Shown here: positions 19,047 to 28,081 of the stretch, one piece after another
Layout of the letters: each line of letters starts with the position of its first letter
Numbering within the stretch: position 1 is the first letter of the stretch
Virus record (IMG/VR): IMGVR_UViG_3300025674_000024
Location: 1 to 64,000 of that record
Origin: a virus
Reading direction: 5' to 3' (one strand)
DNA: 64,000 nt
The notes under the pieces: model-generated
The model's input: the letters and a program-made list of their open reading frames with translations, nothing else
Told to the model about the DNA's origin: nothing
The model's database searches: none
Made by a program: the position numbers and the translations under genes

Positions 19047-20060
19047 TCACTTCTTAGCTTTCTTCCAGAGGTCCGAGTCCGCTTTGCGAGCTTTCCCGGC
19101 GCCCGTGATGAAAGAGTTCACTCTGGCATGAGCCCATTGCTGCGGAGAGACTCCCGGCCGGTGTCCAGTCCTCCAAGCAGCCATGCCTCTCTCGAAGACT
19201 TGCTTAAGGATGCCGTAAGAGATGCCAGACTTCTTAGCCTTCTCTCTCAGAGACTTTTCGGAACCACCCTCCTTCATATCCTCAGAGTCGTTACCGTACA
19301 TCTTCTCGTACGCTTCGGTGGCTTTGGACTTAGGCATGGACTCGCCCTTTCTTTTCTTCCGGGCTTTGTACTTCTTGTCCGACTCCCAGTCCTCGTACAC
19401 CTCCTTAGCTGACGACCCAGGCTTCTTAGCCTTAGCCATCGTCTCCTTGATCTCTCGCTTAGCGATCTTTTGCTCTTCCTGAGTCAGCCCCTTCTTATAC
19501 TCGCGGGGCAGAGGCTTTTTTGACTCGGCGTACTCTCCCCCCTCGTCCTCAATCTCAACCTCAATACCGTCTCCGTAGAGAGCGTTATCTGCTACGGCGG
19601 AAAGATAGTCTGCGGCCATGGTGATCTTATCGACCATCCATTGCTCCATCTCGACTTCCCCGCCCGACATCATCGCCAACTCGATGGCTTTCTCGATGTC
19701 GGAGAGGCGGCCGTGCATCACTCGGAGGCGCGTGCGGACCATGTCTATGACCTCCGCCTCGCTGAATGTAGGAGTGGGGTACCCGATGGCCATGGCACGA
19801 CGGCGACATGACCTGCATCCGCACCCGGGACCGCAGCCACAACCATCACCAAAGTCTGCCTTGCTCTTAAGCGCAGTCATCAGATCATTGGCTGCTTCCT
19901 CGTAGGATTTGTCCTTAGGCTGCCCACACATGGAGAGAGCGATGGCTATAGCCTGCTTTTGGTTCTTGACGACTTTGCCGTCTTCACCCGAGTGGAGCTT
20001 TCCGGCCTTCCACTCTCTCATCACATCCCGGACGCACCCGGGACCCTTTCGTACCGGCAT
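19047..20060 (-). CDS. Multi-module putative head-associated protein (DUF6496-like N-terminus)
   Basis: VMREWKAGKLHSG...QAIAIALS; C-terminal LKQVFERGMAAWRTGHRPG...QQWAHARVNSF module; internal [FY]xE sites. Confidence 0.6.
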   Translation of the reverse strand: MPVRKGPGCVRDVMREWKAGKLHSGEDGKVVKNQKQAIAIALSMCGQPKDKSYEEAANDLMTALKSKADFGDGCGCGPGCGCRSCRRRAMAIGYPTPTFSEAEVIDMVRTRLRVMHGRLSDIEKAIELAMMSGGEVEMEQWMVDKITMAADYLSAVADNALYGDGIEVEIEDEGGEYAESKKPLPREYKKGLTQEEQKIAKREIKETMAKAKKPGSSAKEVYEDWESDKKYKARKKRKGESMPKSKATEAYEKMYGNDSEDMKEGGSEKSLREKAKKSGISYGILKQVFERGMAAWRTGHRPGVSPQQWAHARVNSFITGAGKARKADSDLWKKAKK

Positions 20061-20368
20061 TAGCTGCGCTCCTTATTGTACATAAGCATGTTTTTGATGG
20101 AGTCCACCTGCTCTACGAGGTAGTCCATCTTCTTAGCTCCGTCACTCATGCGAGCGACAAACTCCTCCCGGAGAACAAACTCCTTCGGGAGATTGACCTC
20201 GAGGGCTTTCAAGTCCCTTTCAACCTTTTCAATGTCTTTCTCGTTCTTATCAACCATCTCAGCGATCTGGTTGAAGCGACGGTCGATAAGCTTCCCATTA
20301 CGTTCGGAGGCCCAACCGGCCGCACCAAAGATGGCGAAGACGATTGGGACAACGATACCGCTGATCAT
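20060..20368 (-). CDS. Membrane-anchored coiled-coil protein (holin/lysis-associated candidate)
   Basis: N-terminal TM helix then heptads; LPKEFVLREEF. Confidence 0.55.
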   Translation of the reverse strand: MISGIVVPIVFAIFGAAGWASERNGKLIDRRFNQIAEMVDKNEKDIEKVERDLKALEVNLPKEFVLREEFVARMSDGAKKMDYLVEQVDSIKNMLMYNKERS

Positions 20369-20387
20369 CTCGATCACGGCTACCCCA

Positions 20388-20849
20388 TCAGAAGAACTTG
20401 AAGCCGCTGGAAAGGATGAGAGGAGCAGAGGCCTTAGCGATGTCAATCACCTTGTCCTTGCTCACGCCCTCTTCCATCTTCAGCACGAGCTCAGCGATTT
20501 CCAGTGATTTGCGGCCTTCGGGTGTGTTAGCGTCAAGCTTCTTCGACTTGGCGACGTCTGGGAGGAACTTCTCTTTGGCCATCTGCACAGCGGCCTGCAC
20601 CTCTTCGTTTGTCAGAGCGCCGTCACCCACCGAGTCAAAGGCGAGTTCGAGCACGGTGTCGATGGTGCTTCCGTCCCAACCGGAGTAGTACTTATCCAGG
20701 AGAGGGTCAACAACGTCGTACACCTTACCCAGGAGGGGAGCGTACTTACGAGCGTTGACTTTCTCCAAGAGGACTTTGGCGCCCATGGTGGCAACGCCGA
20801 TGATAACCCCTGCAATCGCGGGGTAAAGTGCTTCGATAAATGTTGGCAT
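20388..20849 (-). CDS. Membrane protein, holin-like candidate
   Basis: N-terminal hydrophobic helix ALYPAIAGVIIGVATMGA. Confidence 0.5.
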   Translation of the reverse strand: MPTFIEALYPAIAGVIIGVATMGAKVLLEKVNARKYAPLLGKVYDVVDPLLDKYYSGWDGSTIDTVLELAFDSVGDGALTNEEVQAAVQMAKEKFLPDVAKSKKLDANTPEGRKSLEIAELVLKMEEGVSKDKVIDIAKASAPLILSSGFKFF

Positions 20850-20863
20850 TGTGACCTCCAAGA

Positions 20864-21349
20864 TCACTCGGGTAGACCGGACTTGCCGGCTTTAAGACGA
20901 TCGCGAACGCTCTTGGGAAGCCCTCTCTCCCAACCAAACTTCTTCGCGATCGAAATAATCTTGCGCATCACGGTGTCCGGATTTTTCGCTCTACCAACGG
21001 ATGACCAAGCCGCGGAGACGTCTCCGGGAGATGCAATCGGGAATGACATATCCGGACCGGCAAAACCTCCTTTCATCTCACCTTCCGACAGCGACTTTCG
21101 CATATCGGACGACCACTCACGATGAGAGACACCGTATGTATCCTCCTGATAGGAGATTTTGTTTTGTCGCGCCATGTCCATTCTTTGGCGACGACGGCCC
21201 ATGATTTCCTTCATGATATCATCACCGACGAGATACTCATTACGATCTCGCGGGATAAGGGCTTCAACTTTAGCCCGACGACGCTTATTCGCCTCGAGCT
21301 TACTCATGGCGACATTGTCGCCGATCAATGTGTCACGCAGATTCATCAT
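20864..21349 (-). CDS. Putative head protein with capsid-like N-terminus and DUF6582-like C-terminus
   Basis: GAGGAGG SD then MMNLRDTLIG; FAGPDMSFPI...DV.AAW...GRA. Confidence 0.7.
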   Translation of the reverse strand: MMNLRDTLIGDNVAMSKLEANKRRRAKVEALIPRDRNEYLVGDDIMKEIMGRRRQRMDMARQNKISYQEDTYGVSHREWSSDMRKSLSEGEMKGGFAGPDMSFPIASPGDVSAAWSSVGRAKNPDTVMRKIISIAKKFGWERGLPKSVRDRLKAGKSGLPE

Positions 21350-22043
21350 CGGAGTCAACCTCCTCCTCTTCTTCAATTGGGTCTTCTTCGGAGTCGGTTT
21401 CCTCGACGGCCTCAGTTGGTTCCTCTTCTTCGTCCTCTGCTTCCGCTTCCTCCTCATCTCCCTCGAGAGTCAGGTTAGCGGACAGAGAGGCGAGTTCTTC
21501 CTTGAGAGCTGCGATCTTCTCCGCCACGGAGATGGCATCATCACCCTTTTCCTCATCACCCTCTTCCTCCTCATCGTCAGACTCTTCCTCGTCCTCACTC
21601 TCCTCATCTTCCTCGGACTCCGTTAGGATCTCGTCAAGAAGAGCATCGAGCTCCTCGTCTGTAAGATCACCGATTTTGTCCTCCTCCTCATCCTCTCCTT
21701 CCTCCTCAACCATCTGAGCGGCGAGAGCTAGGAGCTCCTCGTCGGAAAGGTCGGAGAGGTCGATGTCTTCCTCGATCTCATCCTCGTTCTCAGAACGGAG
21801 AGCGGAGAGAAGGTCTTCCTGACTCTGCTTGGTGTCCATGTAGTCTCCCTTTCCGTCGGGATACTTCCACAGACCCGTCTTGTCGAGCCAGTCCGCTTTG
21901 AAGGGTGCGGTCTCCAACCCGAGTGTGTCACTACCGATCTTAACACCGGCGGTTTCCACATCCTCAGCTTGGGAGAGTTGGTTAGAGTAGGCTTCCCTCA
22001 GTTGGTCGTAGGCCTCCTGAGAGAATTGACCGAAGCCTGACAT
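21333..22043 (-). CDS. Highly acidic protein (scaffold/core-like)
   Basis: Long D/E tracts; GQFSQEAY leader similar to effector-array genes. Confidence 0.7.
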   Translation of the reverse strand: MSGFGQFSQEAYDQLREAYSNQLSQAEDVETAGVKIGSDTLGLETAPFKADWLDKTGLWKYPDGKGDYMDTKQSQEDLLSALRSENEDEIEEDIDLSDLSDEELLALAAQMVEEEGEDEEEDKIGDLTDEELDALLDEILTESEEDEESEDEEESDDEEEEGDEEKGDDAISVAEKIAALKEELASLSANLTLEGDEEEAEAEDEEEEPTEAVEETDSEEDPIEEEEEVDSDDESA

Positions 22044-22101
22044 GTCGTTGTCCTAGACGTACCTGAGTGTTTTACCCAGCCAGTTTGGACATTGTCATTC
22101 C

Positions 22102-22263
22102 TTAGAGGTAGGCTGCGGCGAGAGCTTCTTCTTTCGTGACCTGCCCGCGGCGCTGCATCTCCTCGGCGAGGTCCAAGAGACGCTCGGCCTCTTCGTTCTT
22201 GCCTTGGAAGATGAGTTCCTTACGCTTAGCAATAAGGTCGAAGTACTTTGATTTGGATGCCAT
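22102..22263 (-). CDS. 53-aa helical protein after kinase (candidate immunity/partner)
   Basis: Hand translation MASKSKYFDLIAKRKELIFQGKNEEAERLLDLAEEMQRRGQVTKEEALAAAYL; starts 2 nt after kinase stop. Confidence 0.7.
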   Translation of the reverse strand: MASKSKYFDLIAKRKELIFQGKNEEAERLLDLAEEMQRRGQVTKEEALAAAYL

Positions 22264-22265
22264 GA

Positions 22266-23981
22266 TTAGATCCCGTCGTAAAGTTCGTTGATGTACCGTT
22301 CTGCGTCTTGGTCAGTCATCCTACCAAAGATCCTGTTAATTCCGTCCATGGAAGTGCGGATCTCCGCATTGACTCTGACTCCGAAGTCTTCCTCCATCTT
22401 GTCTCTCACTTTCTGAGAGTTGGACACGAAGCGTTGGACAGAGCGAGTGTTGTAGTCCTTAACCCGCATACGGTCCGCTTGCCAGTCACGGCCATTGGTC
22501 GTTCCGAGAGCCTCAATGAGAGCTGCTTTAGGACTAGTCTGAGCGAGACCGAAGTCCACGAGCCCGCCCTTGCCAGTGCTCTTATCGTAGAAGAAGTTCC
22601 CGCCGTGCATGTCGTTGTGAGCGACGCCGCGAGTGTGGATCGCTTTGCGTACGCGGAGATACTCGTCAGTCGCCGCTTCTTTCTCCTTAGAAGTCATCTG
22701 CCAGCGTTGGTCACCGTACGGCTCTCCCGCCATGCGAGACATACCAAGGTAGCCCGAGGCTTCCTTTACGTGACCACCTAAACCCCCCATCACTATCTTA
22801 GCCTTCCCAGAGACCGTGGCTCCGTGTAGAGTTGGCGTCACACCGCTTCCCTCAAGCTTTTTGATTGCAGCGGCTTCAAACTCTCCAATCTTCCCTTGCT
22901 TCGTGACTCCCGGAGGAGGACCCTCGGTCAGCTTCACTCGACCCATAGCGCCTTGGCCGATGAGCTGTCCTGGACCAGACATGTCTTTCTTCGGGTCATA
23001 ACCTTTAATTCCTTGCGGGATGTCAAAGCTTGTCTTCTCACCCACAGCTTTACCTCTTTTCGCTCTCCCTCCAGCACCCTTGGGAAAAGCACTGCTAGAC
23101 ACGCCTCTTTTACGAAGCTCACCTTCCACTCTCTTTCGCTGGTAAGCGTTAAGCTTCTCCTCCTTAAGGATTCGCATAAGCTCGGGAGTACGAGCGCCCT
23201 GGAGAAGCTTCTTGTTAACAACCATCGCTTTCTTAGGCGGGAGTGTTGAAAGTTTAGCAGCGGCTTTAGCGGCTTTAGCTTTGGTAACATCACCTGCTCG
23301 AGCTATCTTTTTAAGATCCTGCTGCATCGCTCTTTCAATGGAGCCGTAGAGTTTCTTCGCTACAGGATCCTTGGCTTCTTCCTTGGCCTTGCGAACTCGA
23401 GCCAAGCCCTTTTGCATTTCTTGAATCTTATTCTCTATGGCCAGTGTCCCTTCACCCTTAGGCTTAGGGGGAGTAGGGGGCGCCTCTCCCAGCACTCTCC
23501 TCACCATCTCTCGGCGAGCGGCGAGACCGCGAGACCCGGCCGCGAGCTGTTCACGCTCGAGAGACCGCTTTCCAAGCTCTTCCAGCGGACGGTCCTTGGG
23601 CTTTTGCTGTTGATCCTCGTCCTTAGGCTTTAACCTCTCTCCGAGGCGACGAGCGGCGGACTTAAGCGGAGCACCTTTCTTAACGATCTTGGCACCGTAC
23701 TTCTCACGGACCGCATCCGCTACGGACTTCACATCTGCTTGCTTCAGGCCTCTTTCCTTGGCCTTCTTCGCGATTGCGGGCATGCCCTCTCCGGGCTTCA
23801 CAGAGATAGGAGTTCCTTTGCGGCATTGTCCCTGAGTGCCGTACACGCTTCCATCGCGACGTTGGCACAGTTGCGCAAACTCGAAAGAGTCGTACTCTCC
23901 CTCGCTGAATTCTTCTACGAGAGAGTCTTTAACATACGAAAGAAGTTCTTCGTCGAACTCCCCGTGTTGCGAAAGCTTCAT
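22266..23981 (-). CDS. Cys-motif protein with C-terminal Ser/Thr-type protein kinase domain
   Basis: IGQGAMG G-loop, HNDMHGGN catalytic loop, DFG; N-terminal CQRRDGSVYGTQGQCRKG. Confidence 0.85.
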   Translation of the reverse strand: MKLSQHGEFDEELLSYVKDSLVEEFSEGEYDSFEFAQLCQRRDGSVYGTQGQCRKGTPISVKPGEGMPAIAKKAKERGLKQADVKSVADAVREKYGAKIVKKGAPLKSAARRLGERLKPKDEDQQQKPKDRPLEELGKRSLEREQLAAGSRGLAARREMVRRVLGEAPPTPPKPKGEGTLAIENKIQEMQKGLARVRKAKEEAKDPVAKKLYGSIERAMQQDLKKIARAGDVTKAKAAKAAAKLSTLPPKKAMVVNKKLLQGARTPELMRILKEEKLNAYQRKRVEGELRKRGVSSSAFPKGAGGRAKRGKAVGEKTSFDIPQGIKGYDPKKDMSGPGQLIGQGAMGRVKLTEGPPPGVTKQGKIGEFEAAAIKKLEGSGVTPTLHGATVSGKAKIVMGGLGGHVKEASGYLGMSRMAGEPYGDQRWQMTSKEKEAATDEYLRVRKAIHTRGVAHNDMHGGNFFYDKSTGKGGLVDFGLAQTSPKAALIEALGTTNGRDWQADRMRVKDYNTRSVQRFVSNSQKVRDKMEEDFGVRVNAEIRTSMDGINRIFGRMTDQDAERYINELYDGI

Positions 23982-23984
23982 GAG

Positions 23985-25841
23985 CTACCTACTGCTTACT
24001 CCAAAGATGATCTGGAACCAAACTTCCTCATCTTTTTCAAGACTTTCGGCGAAGTCTAACCCCTCAATTTTACCGTTCTTAATCACCCCGGTCAGCAAGT
24101 TATTTCCCTGATGCTTAAACCCAAGTTTTTCGTACGCTTTTCTACGAACGTCGCCTCCACCATCCTCATCAAAAGCGAACGCTCTTACTTTCGTCCCGCT
24201 AGGAAGTCCGCCAAGAGCTTCATCAAACTGTCTCTTCGCTGTAAGAGCAATTCTTACCTGCTGACGACGGTCTGTGACTCCACCTTTGGTGTAGGAATCG
24301 TTGACCTTATAGCCAATCTCATAAGATCCGTCCGTCTTTGGAGTGACGAGAGTCTTAACTTCGTTACTCCCAACCTTATCAGTGATGTACACTCCCTCAG
24401 AGTCACTAGAGACTTTGTCTTTGCTTTCTCCCTTCTTCAGTCTCTCTTCTACTTTCTTAATTTTCTCTCCTCTCTTCTTGGCCTCTGGGCTTCCCTTTTC
24501 TTCTTGCGCCTTAATCTTTGCGGCGACGCTCATCGCTTCCCTGTTAAGTCTCAGGGCCGCGTCCATATCACCCTTAGCCATAGCCTCCTGAGCTCTCTTT
24601 GCTAAGCCAGAGTACTGAGTCTGAAGGTCGGGTTCTGCTTTCTTTTTAGTTTTAGGCTTAGTTGCTGTCGGCTTCCCTGAGAGTTCTTTCTTTGCTTGTT
24701 CCTTTGTCTTCTTTCCCTCTGCCACATCGAGAGCGGCTTTCGCTCTCTTGTTTCCAGAGGCCGCGGCTTTCTTCAGGGCCTTCATCTCTTTGGGACCCAC
24801 GGGAGTACCTTTCCGACAGGTTCCCGAAGTCCCATAGAAGGTCCCGTCCGCACGCTGACAACGAGCAAACTCAAGTGAATCCGCTTCGTTAAAGTCGTTT
24901 TTCTTATCGGGAGCTCCAAAAATAGCGATGTACCACAGAGCTGTGTCTTTGTCCTTGCCCTCTGCAAACATCAGGAGAGTGCTGCCTAAACCTTGCTCGG
25001 CCCTGTCGGAGGCACTTACTTTTCCACCTTTTCCAATGCGCCCATACTGTGTCCCAGGATTTGCATCGGTTCCAGAAGTCGGATCTGAAAAACCCATTCG
25101 TTTATAGGCTCTAATTCGAGACGCGCCTCGCCCGTCCTCTCCCCAAGCTGTAGCTTGAACTACATAACCTTCAGGCAAGTTTTGTCTATGAGCGTTCCAG
25201 ACACGCTGAACTTGGCGAGCAATAGCCATTTGCTCTTTCCGGTCTGTGATTTGACCAGCGTCATACTTGCCGTTGACTTGAAAGTTAAAATCGCCTTGAC
25301 CAAATGATGTGGTAACTACTGTTCCTCCAGGAGTTGTGAAAGTAGTTCCAAGAAATCCATTAGACTTAAATTCAACTTTGGTTCCTTTTGGAACGTCTTT
25401 CGTGACTCCTTCCACAACTTTTTCTGAGTTGGTGATGGGCTTGAGAGACTTTTCAGCTCGCTCTTTCATGAACCCTGCAAATTCATCTTCAGGGTCTTTT
25501 TTCAAATACTCGTTTGCTTTCTTTATTTGGTCTTCATAAATCTTTTTGTCTTTTTCAGCCTTAGCAATAGGACCGAGGGTACCCTTTAGGGTGCCACCTC
25601 TTTCGTAGTCAGTAGGCTTTTTAGGAGTTGTCTTTCCTTCAACAACTTTCAAAGCTGCTTCAGCTTTTTTATTGCCGCTTTTAGCCGCTTTCTTCAGAGC
25701 ATCGACTTGCTTTTCACTAACTTGCTTTCCTTTGCGGCAAGTTCCAGCAGTGCCGTAAAATGTCCCATCGGGACGTTGGCAACGAGCGTAGTCAAGGACT
25801 GTGTAAGCGCTCTCTGAGAATGTGGAGTACGTACGTTTCAT
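23985..25841 (-). CDS. Internally duplicated Cys-motif protein with two GNAT-like domains
   Basis: Two CQRxDGTFYGTxGTCRKG motifs; RIRAYKRMGF and RRKAYEKLGF resemble the GNAT C-terminal motif. Confidence 0.65.
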   Translation of the reverse strand: MKRTYSTFSESAYTVLDYARCQRPDGTFYGTAGTCRKGKQVSEKQVDALKKAAKSGNKKAEAALKVVEGKTTPKKPTDYERGGTLKGTLGPIAKAEKDKKIYEDQIKKANEYLKKDPEDEFAGFMKERAEKSLKPITNSEKVVEGVTKDVPKGTKVEFKSNGFLGTTFTTPGGTVVTTSFGQGDFNFQVNGKYDAGQITDRKEQMAIARQVQRVWNAHRQNLPEGYVVQATAWGEDGRGASRIRAYKRMGFSDPTSGTDANPGTQYGRIGKGGKVSASDRAEQGLGSTLLMFAEGKDKDTALWYIAIFGAPDKKNDFNEADSLEFARCQRADGTFYGTSGTCRKGTPVGPKEMKALKKAAASGNKRAKAALDVAEGKKTKEQAKKELSGKPTATKPKTKKKAEPDLQTQYSGLAKRAQEAMAKGDMDAALRLNREAMSVAAKIKAQEEKGSPEAKKRGEKIKKVEERLKKGESKDKVSSDSEGVYITDKVGSNEVKTLVTPKTDGSYEIGYKVNDSYTKGGVTDRRQQVRIALTAKRQFDEALGGLPSGTKVRAFAFDEDGGGDVRRKAYEKLGFKHQGNNLLTGVIKNGKIEGLDFAESLEKDEEVWFQIIFGVSSR

Positions 25842-26119
25842 CCGCTGAAGAATCCTTTGCTGTAGAGAGACTCGCCGTAAAGGATGGCTGCAGCTGTGGA
25901 ATTGGCAACATCCTCCAGGTCAGGTACATCATCGCCACGCTCGGCCATGCGAGTGAAGAAGGAGATGAGAGCGAAAGCACCATCTAAGTCTGTGAACTCG
26001 TCTCCGATGAAGTCTCCGCGACGAATGCCGTAGGGACTTCCATCTTTCGCGAGAGCGATGATGATGAAGTTGGAGCCGGGGATGGAGATGGGCTCGGGAA
26101 GGTAGAAGAGTTGGTTCAT
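25838..26119 (-). CDS. 93-aa protein after DUF3626-like gene (candidate immunity/partner)
   Basis: ATGA-coupled at both ends; acidic. Confidence 0.7.
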   Translation of the reverse strand: MNQLFYLPEPISIPGSNFIIIALAKDGSPYGIRRGDFIGDEFTDLDGAFALISFFTRMAERGDDVPDLEDVANSTAAAILYGESLYSKGFFSG

Positions 26120-27885
26120 TTGTAGTAGCGAGAGATGGCCTCGATGTCCCGGTAGTTCGGGTCAGTGCGCTCGATCTTGAGATCGTTCATCTGAGGAGGA
26201 AGTTCCACGATCCTCACTCCCTGCTTCTCGAGCGCTCTGCGGGTAGCGGTGGGGATGTCGTGTCCTCTGTAGTATCTTACCTCTTTGATATCCGAAGTGC
26301 GTAAGCCGCCGTGGATCTGAGCTTCGACGTAGGCGGTCGGGAGGCGCATCCCGCCGTCCATTGACGTCGTCATATTCATACGCTGACCGATCGTCCCGCC
26401 ATTGTACTGGATGTCCTGCACCTGCGTGCGAGGGCTGCTCGGGTTAGCCGGGTCACGGACAGGACTGGCCATGATGCCCCTCGGCCGAGCTGCGTCCAGA
26501 GAGTCCCCAACAGTAAAGGTCGAGCGGTCCTTAACGCTGTTGTTAAAGACGACTTGCACTCCTCCGTACTGCGCCATCTGGTTCGGACCACCCTGCAGGG
26601 AACGAGCTCGGTCCGGGTGCTCCAGCGCTGCGTACACCGGGCGCTTTTCCGGAGCTTCCAACTTCGAGATCCCCATCACAGCCTCCTCTCCGCTCCTTCT
26701 TCCTTCGAGGTACCCGCTCTTGCCTCGCTTGATACCGCCCGTTCCAGCTTGGAACCCGTTCTTCGCCTCTCCCTCTTTGACGAACTTTGCGAAGCCTTTG
26801 GGGTTGAAGGCCATGACGGGTTCTGCACCGTCGAGAAAGTCCTTGAGGTCCTTGTCAGCACCCCCTCTGGGGACTCGAGTCGGCACGGACGCTGCGACTG
26901 TCCCTCCACCGTCAGAAGGAGCTTTGGTGAGCTTTATTGGTTCCCCAAAGTACGCCGCGTTGACTCCGTCGCGTGGCAGGTCGTTAGCTTTGATCCTTAG
27001 GTCGGTAGCCCTGGCTTCGAGAGCTTTTGACGGGTGGTCCTTCGGCGTGTTGTACGCATTGAATCCGTCTTTCTCGGCCAGCTCTCTAGCCTTCCGATTC
27101 AGCCGATCAGACTCGTCTGTCAGCTTCTTACGCTCTCCCGTGGCCTTGATGAACTCATCGCGGTCCTGCGCGTGGTAGGCTTGACGCATGAGGAGAGCGG
27201 CTTCGTGAGCCTTCCCGATCTTTGCGGAAAGGGCCTTGACCTCCGGATCTTTCCAGTCCTTCCCCTGCTTCGACAGCTCCGCTGCTTGCTCCTTGAGTTT
27301 AGCTTCTCGGTCGAGAGCTCGGTTGAACACCTCCTTGACTTTTTCGTCGGAGATCTTCGTCGGGCGCTTGCCCGAGTCTTGTGCCGGAGCGGAAACTTCC
27401 TCTTTCTTCTTCTCCGCTTTTGGAGTAGTAGCCTTGGGTGCCGGTGCAGGTTCTTCCTTCTTAGGCTTAGGCTCGGGTTTGACCGAGGCGGGCTTAGGCG
27501 CGGGTGTGGGAGTGAAGTCGGGCTTTACCTCCTCTCCCAACCTCTTCTTAATCTCTTTGAAAGCCGCTACGAGCTCCGGCCCCTTCTTAATCTGCTTGAC
27601 GCCGAACTTCTCTCTCACTTGGTCCGCGATGGCTTTCACTTCGGCGCCCTTGAGACCCGCGGCCACGGCTTTCTTATAGAGCACGGGCATACCCTCACCC
27701 GGCTCGAGAGTGATCGGCTTTCCTTTGCGACACTGCCCACTCGTTCCGTAGACGGAGCCGTCTGGGCGCTGACACGCTTGGCCAAACTCGAGAGAGTCGC
27801 TGAGTTCGGAGTAGCGGAGAGTGAGCACTTCACGTGCTTTAGCTTCTAAGGAGGAGTCCCAGCCTCCGTGTTGTGAAAGTCTCAT
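26116..27885 (-). CDS. Cys-motif protein with C-terminal DUF3626-like domain (possible ART fold)
   Basis: RPVYAAL...QYGGVQVVF...RSTFTVGDSL...YVEAQIHGGL. Confidence 0.7.
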   Translation of the reverse strand: MRLSQHGGWDSSLEAKAREVLTLRYSELSDSLEFGQACQRPDGSVYGTSGQCRKGKPITLEPGEGMPVLYKKAVAAGLKGAEVKAIADQVREKFGVKQIKKGPELVAAFKEIKKRLGEEVKPDFTPTPAPKPASVKPEPKPKKEEPAPAPKATTPKAEKKKEEVSAPAQDSGKRPTKISDEKVKEVFNRALDREAKLKEQAAELSKQGKDWKDPEVKALSAKIGKAHEAALLMRQAYHAQDRDEFIKATGERKKLTDESDRLNRKARELAEKDGFNAYNTPKDHPSKALEARATDLRIKANDLPRDGVNAAYFGEPIKLTKAPSDGGGTVAASVPTRVPRGGADKDLKDFLDGAEPVMAFNPKGFAKFVKEGEAKNGFQAGTGGIKRGKSGYLEGRRSGEEAVMGISKLEAPEKRPVYAALEHPDRARSLQGGPNQMAQYGGVQVVFNNSVKDRSTFTVGDSLDAARPRGIMASPVRDPANPSSPRTQVQDIQYNGGTIGQRMNMTTSMDGGMRLPTAYVEAQIHGGLRTSDIKEVRYYRGHDIPTATRRALEKQGVRIVELPPQMNDLKIERTDPNYRDIEAISRYYK

Positions 27886-28079
27886 TCTTTCTCCACGCTT
27901 CGCTTTCTCAACTCCGCCTCTATTGCCTTTCGCCCGCGCTGTGCGAGTTTATCTTTCGTCTTATTTTCTTTCTCTAGAGAATCCGCTTGACTAGGAAGTC
28001 CAAAAATGTATGGATCACCAGCCTCACTTCGACCCATCCTCTCCCGCACTTCTTGAGGTCTTTTAGGTTGAATTTTCAT
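27882..28079 (-). CDS. 65-aa protein after ART gene (candidate immunity/partner)
   Basis: Starts 2 nt after ART stop; ATGA-coupled to next gene. Confidence 0.65.
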   Translation of the reverse strand: MKIQPKRPQEVRERMGRSEAGDPYIFGLPSQADSLEKENKTKDKLAQRGRKAIEAELRKRSVEKE

Positions 28080-28081
28080 GA

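Noticed and set aside
21350-21457. Basic N-terminal extension MRRKRKQ... of the 197-aa ORF (likewise extensions of thyX, exonuclease and ART ORFs)
   Set aside because: Overlaps the upstream gene in another frame; better downstream starts with SD or stop-start coupling exist.
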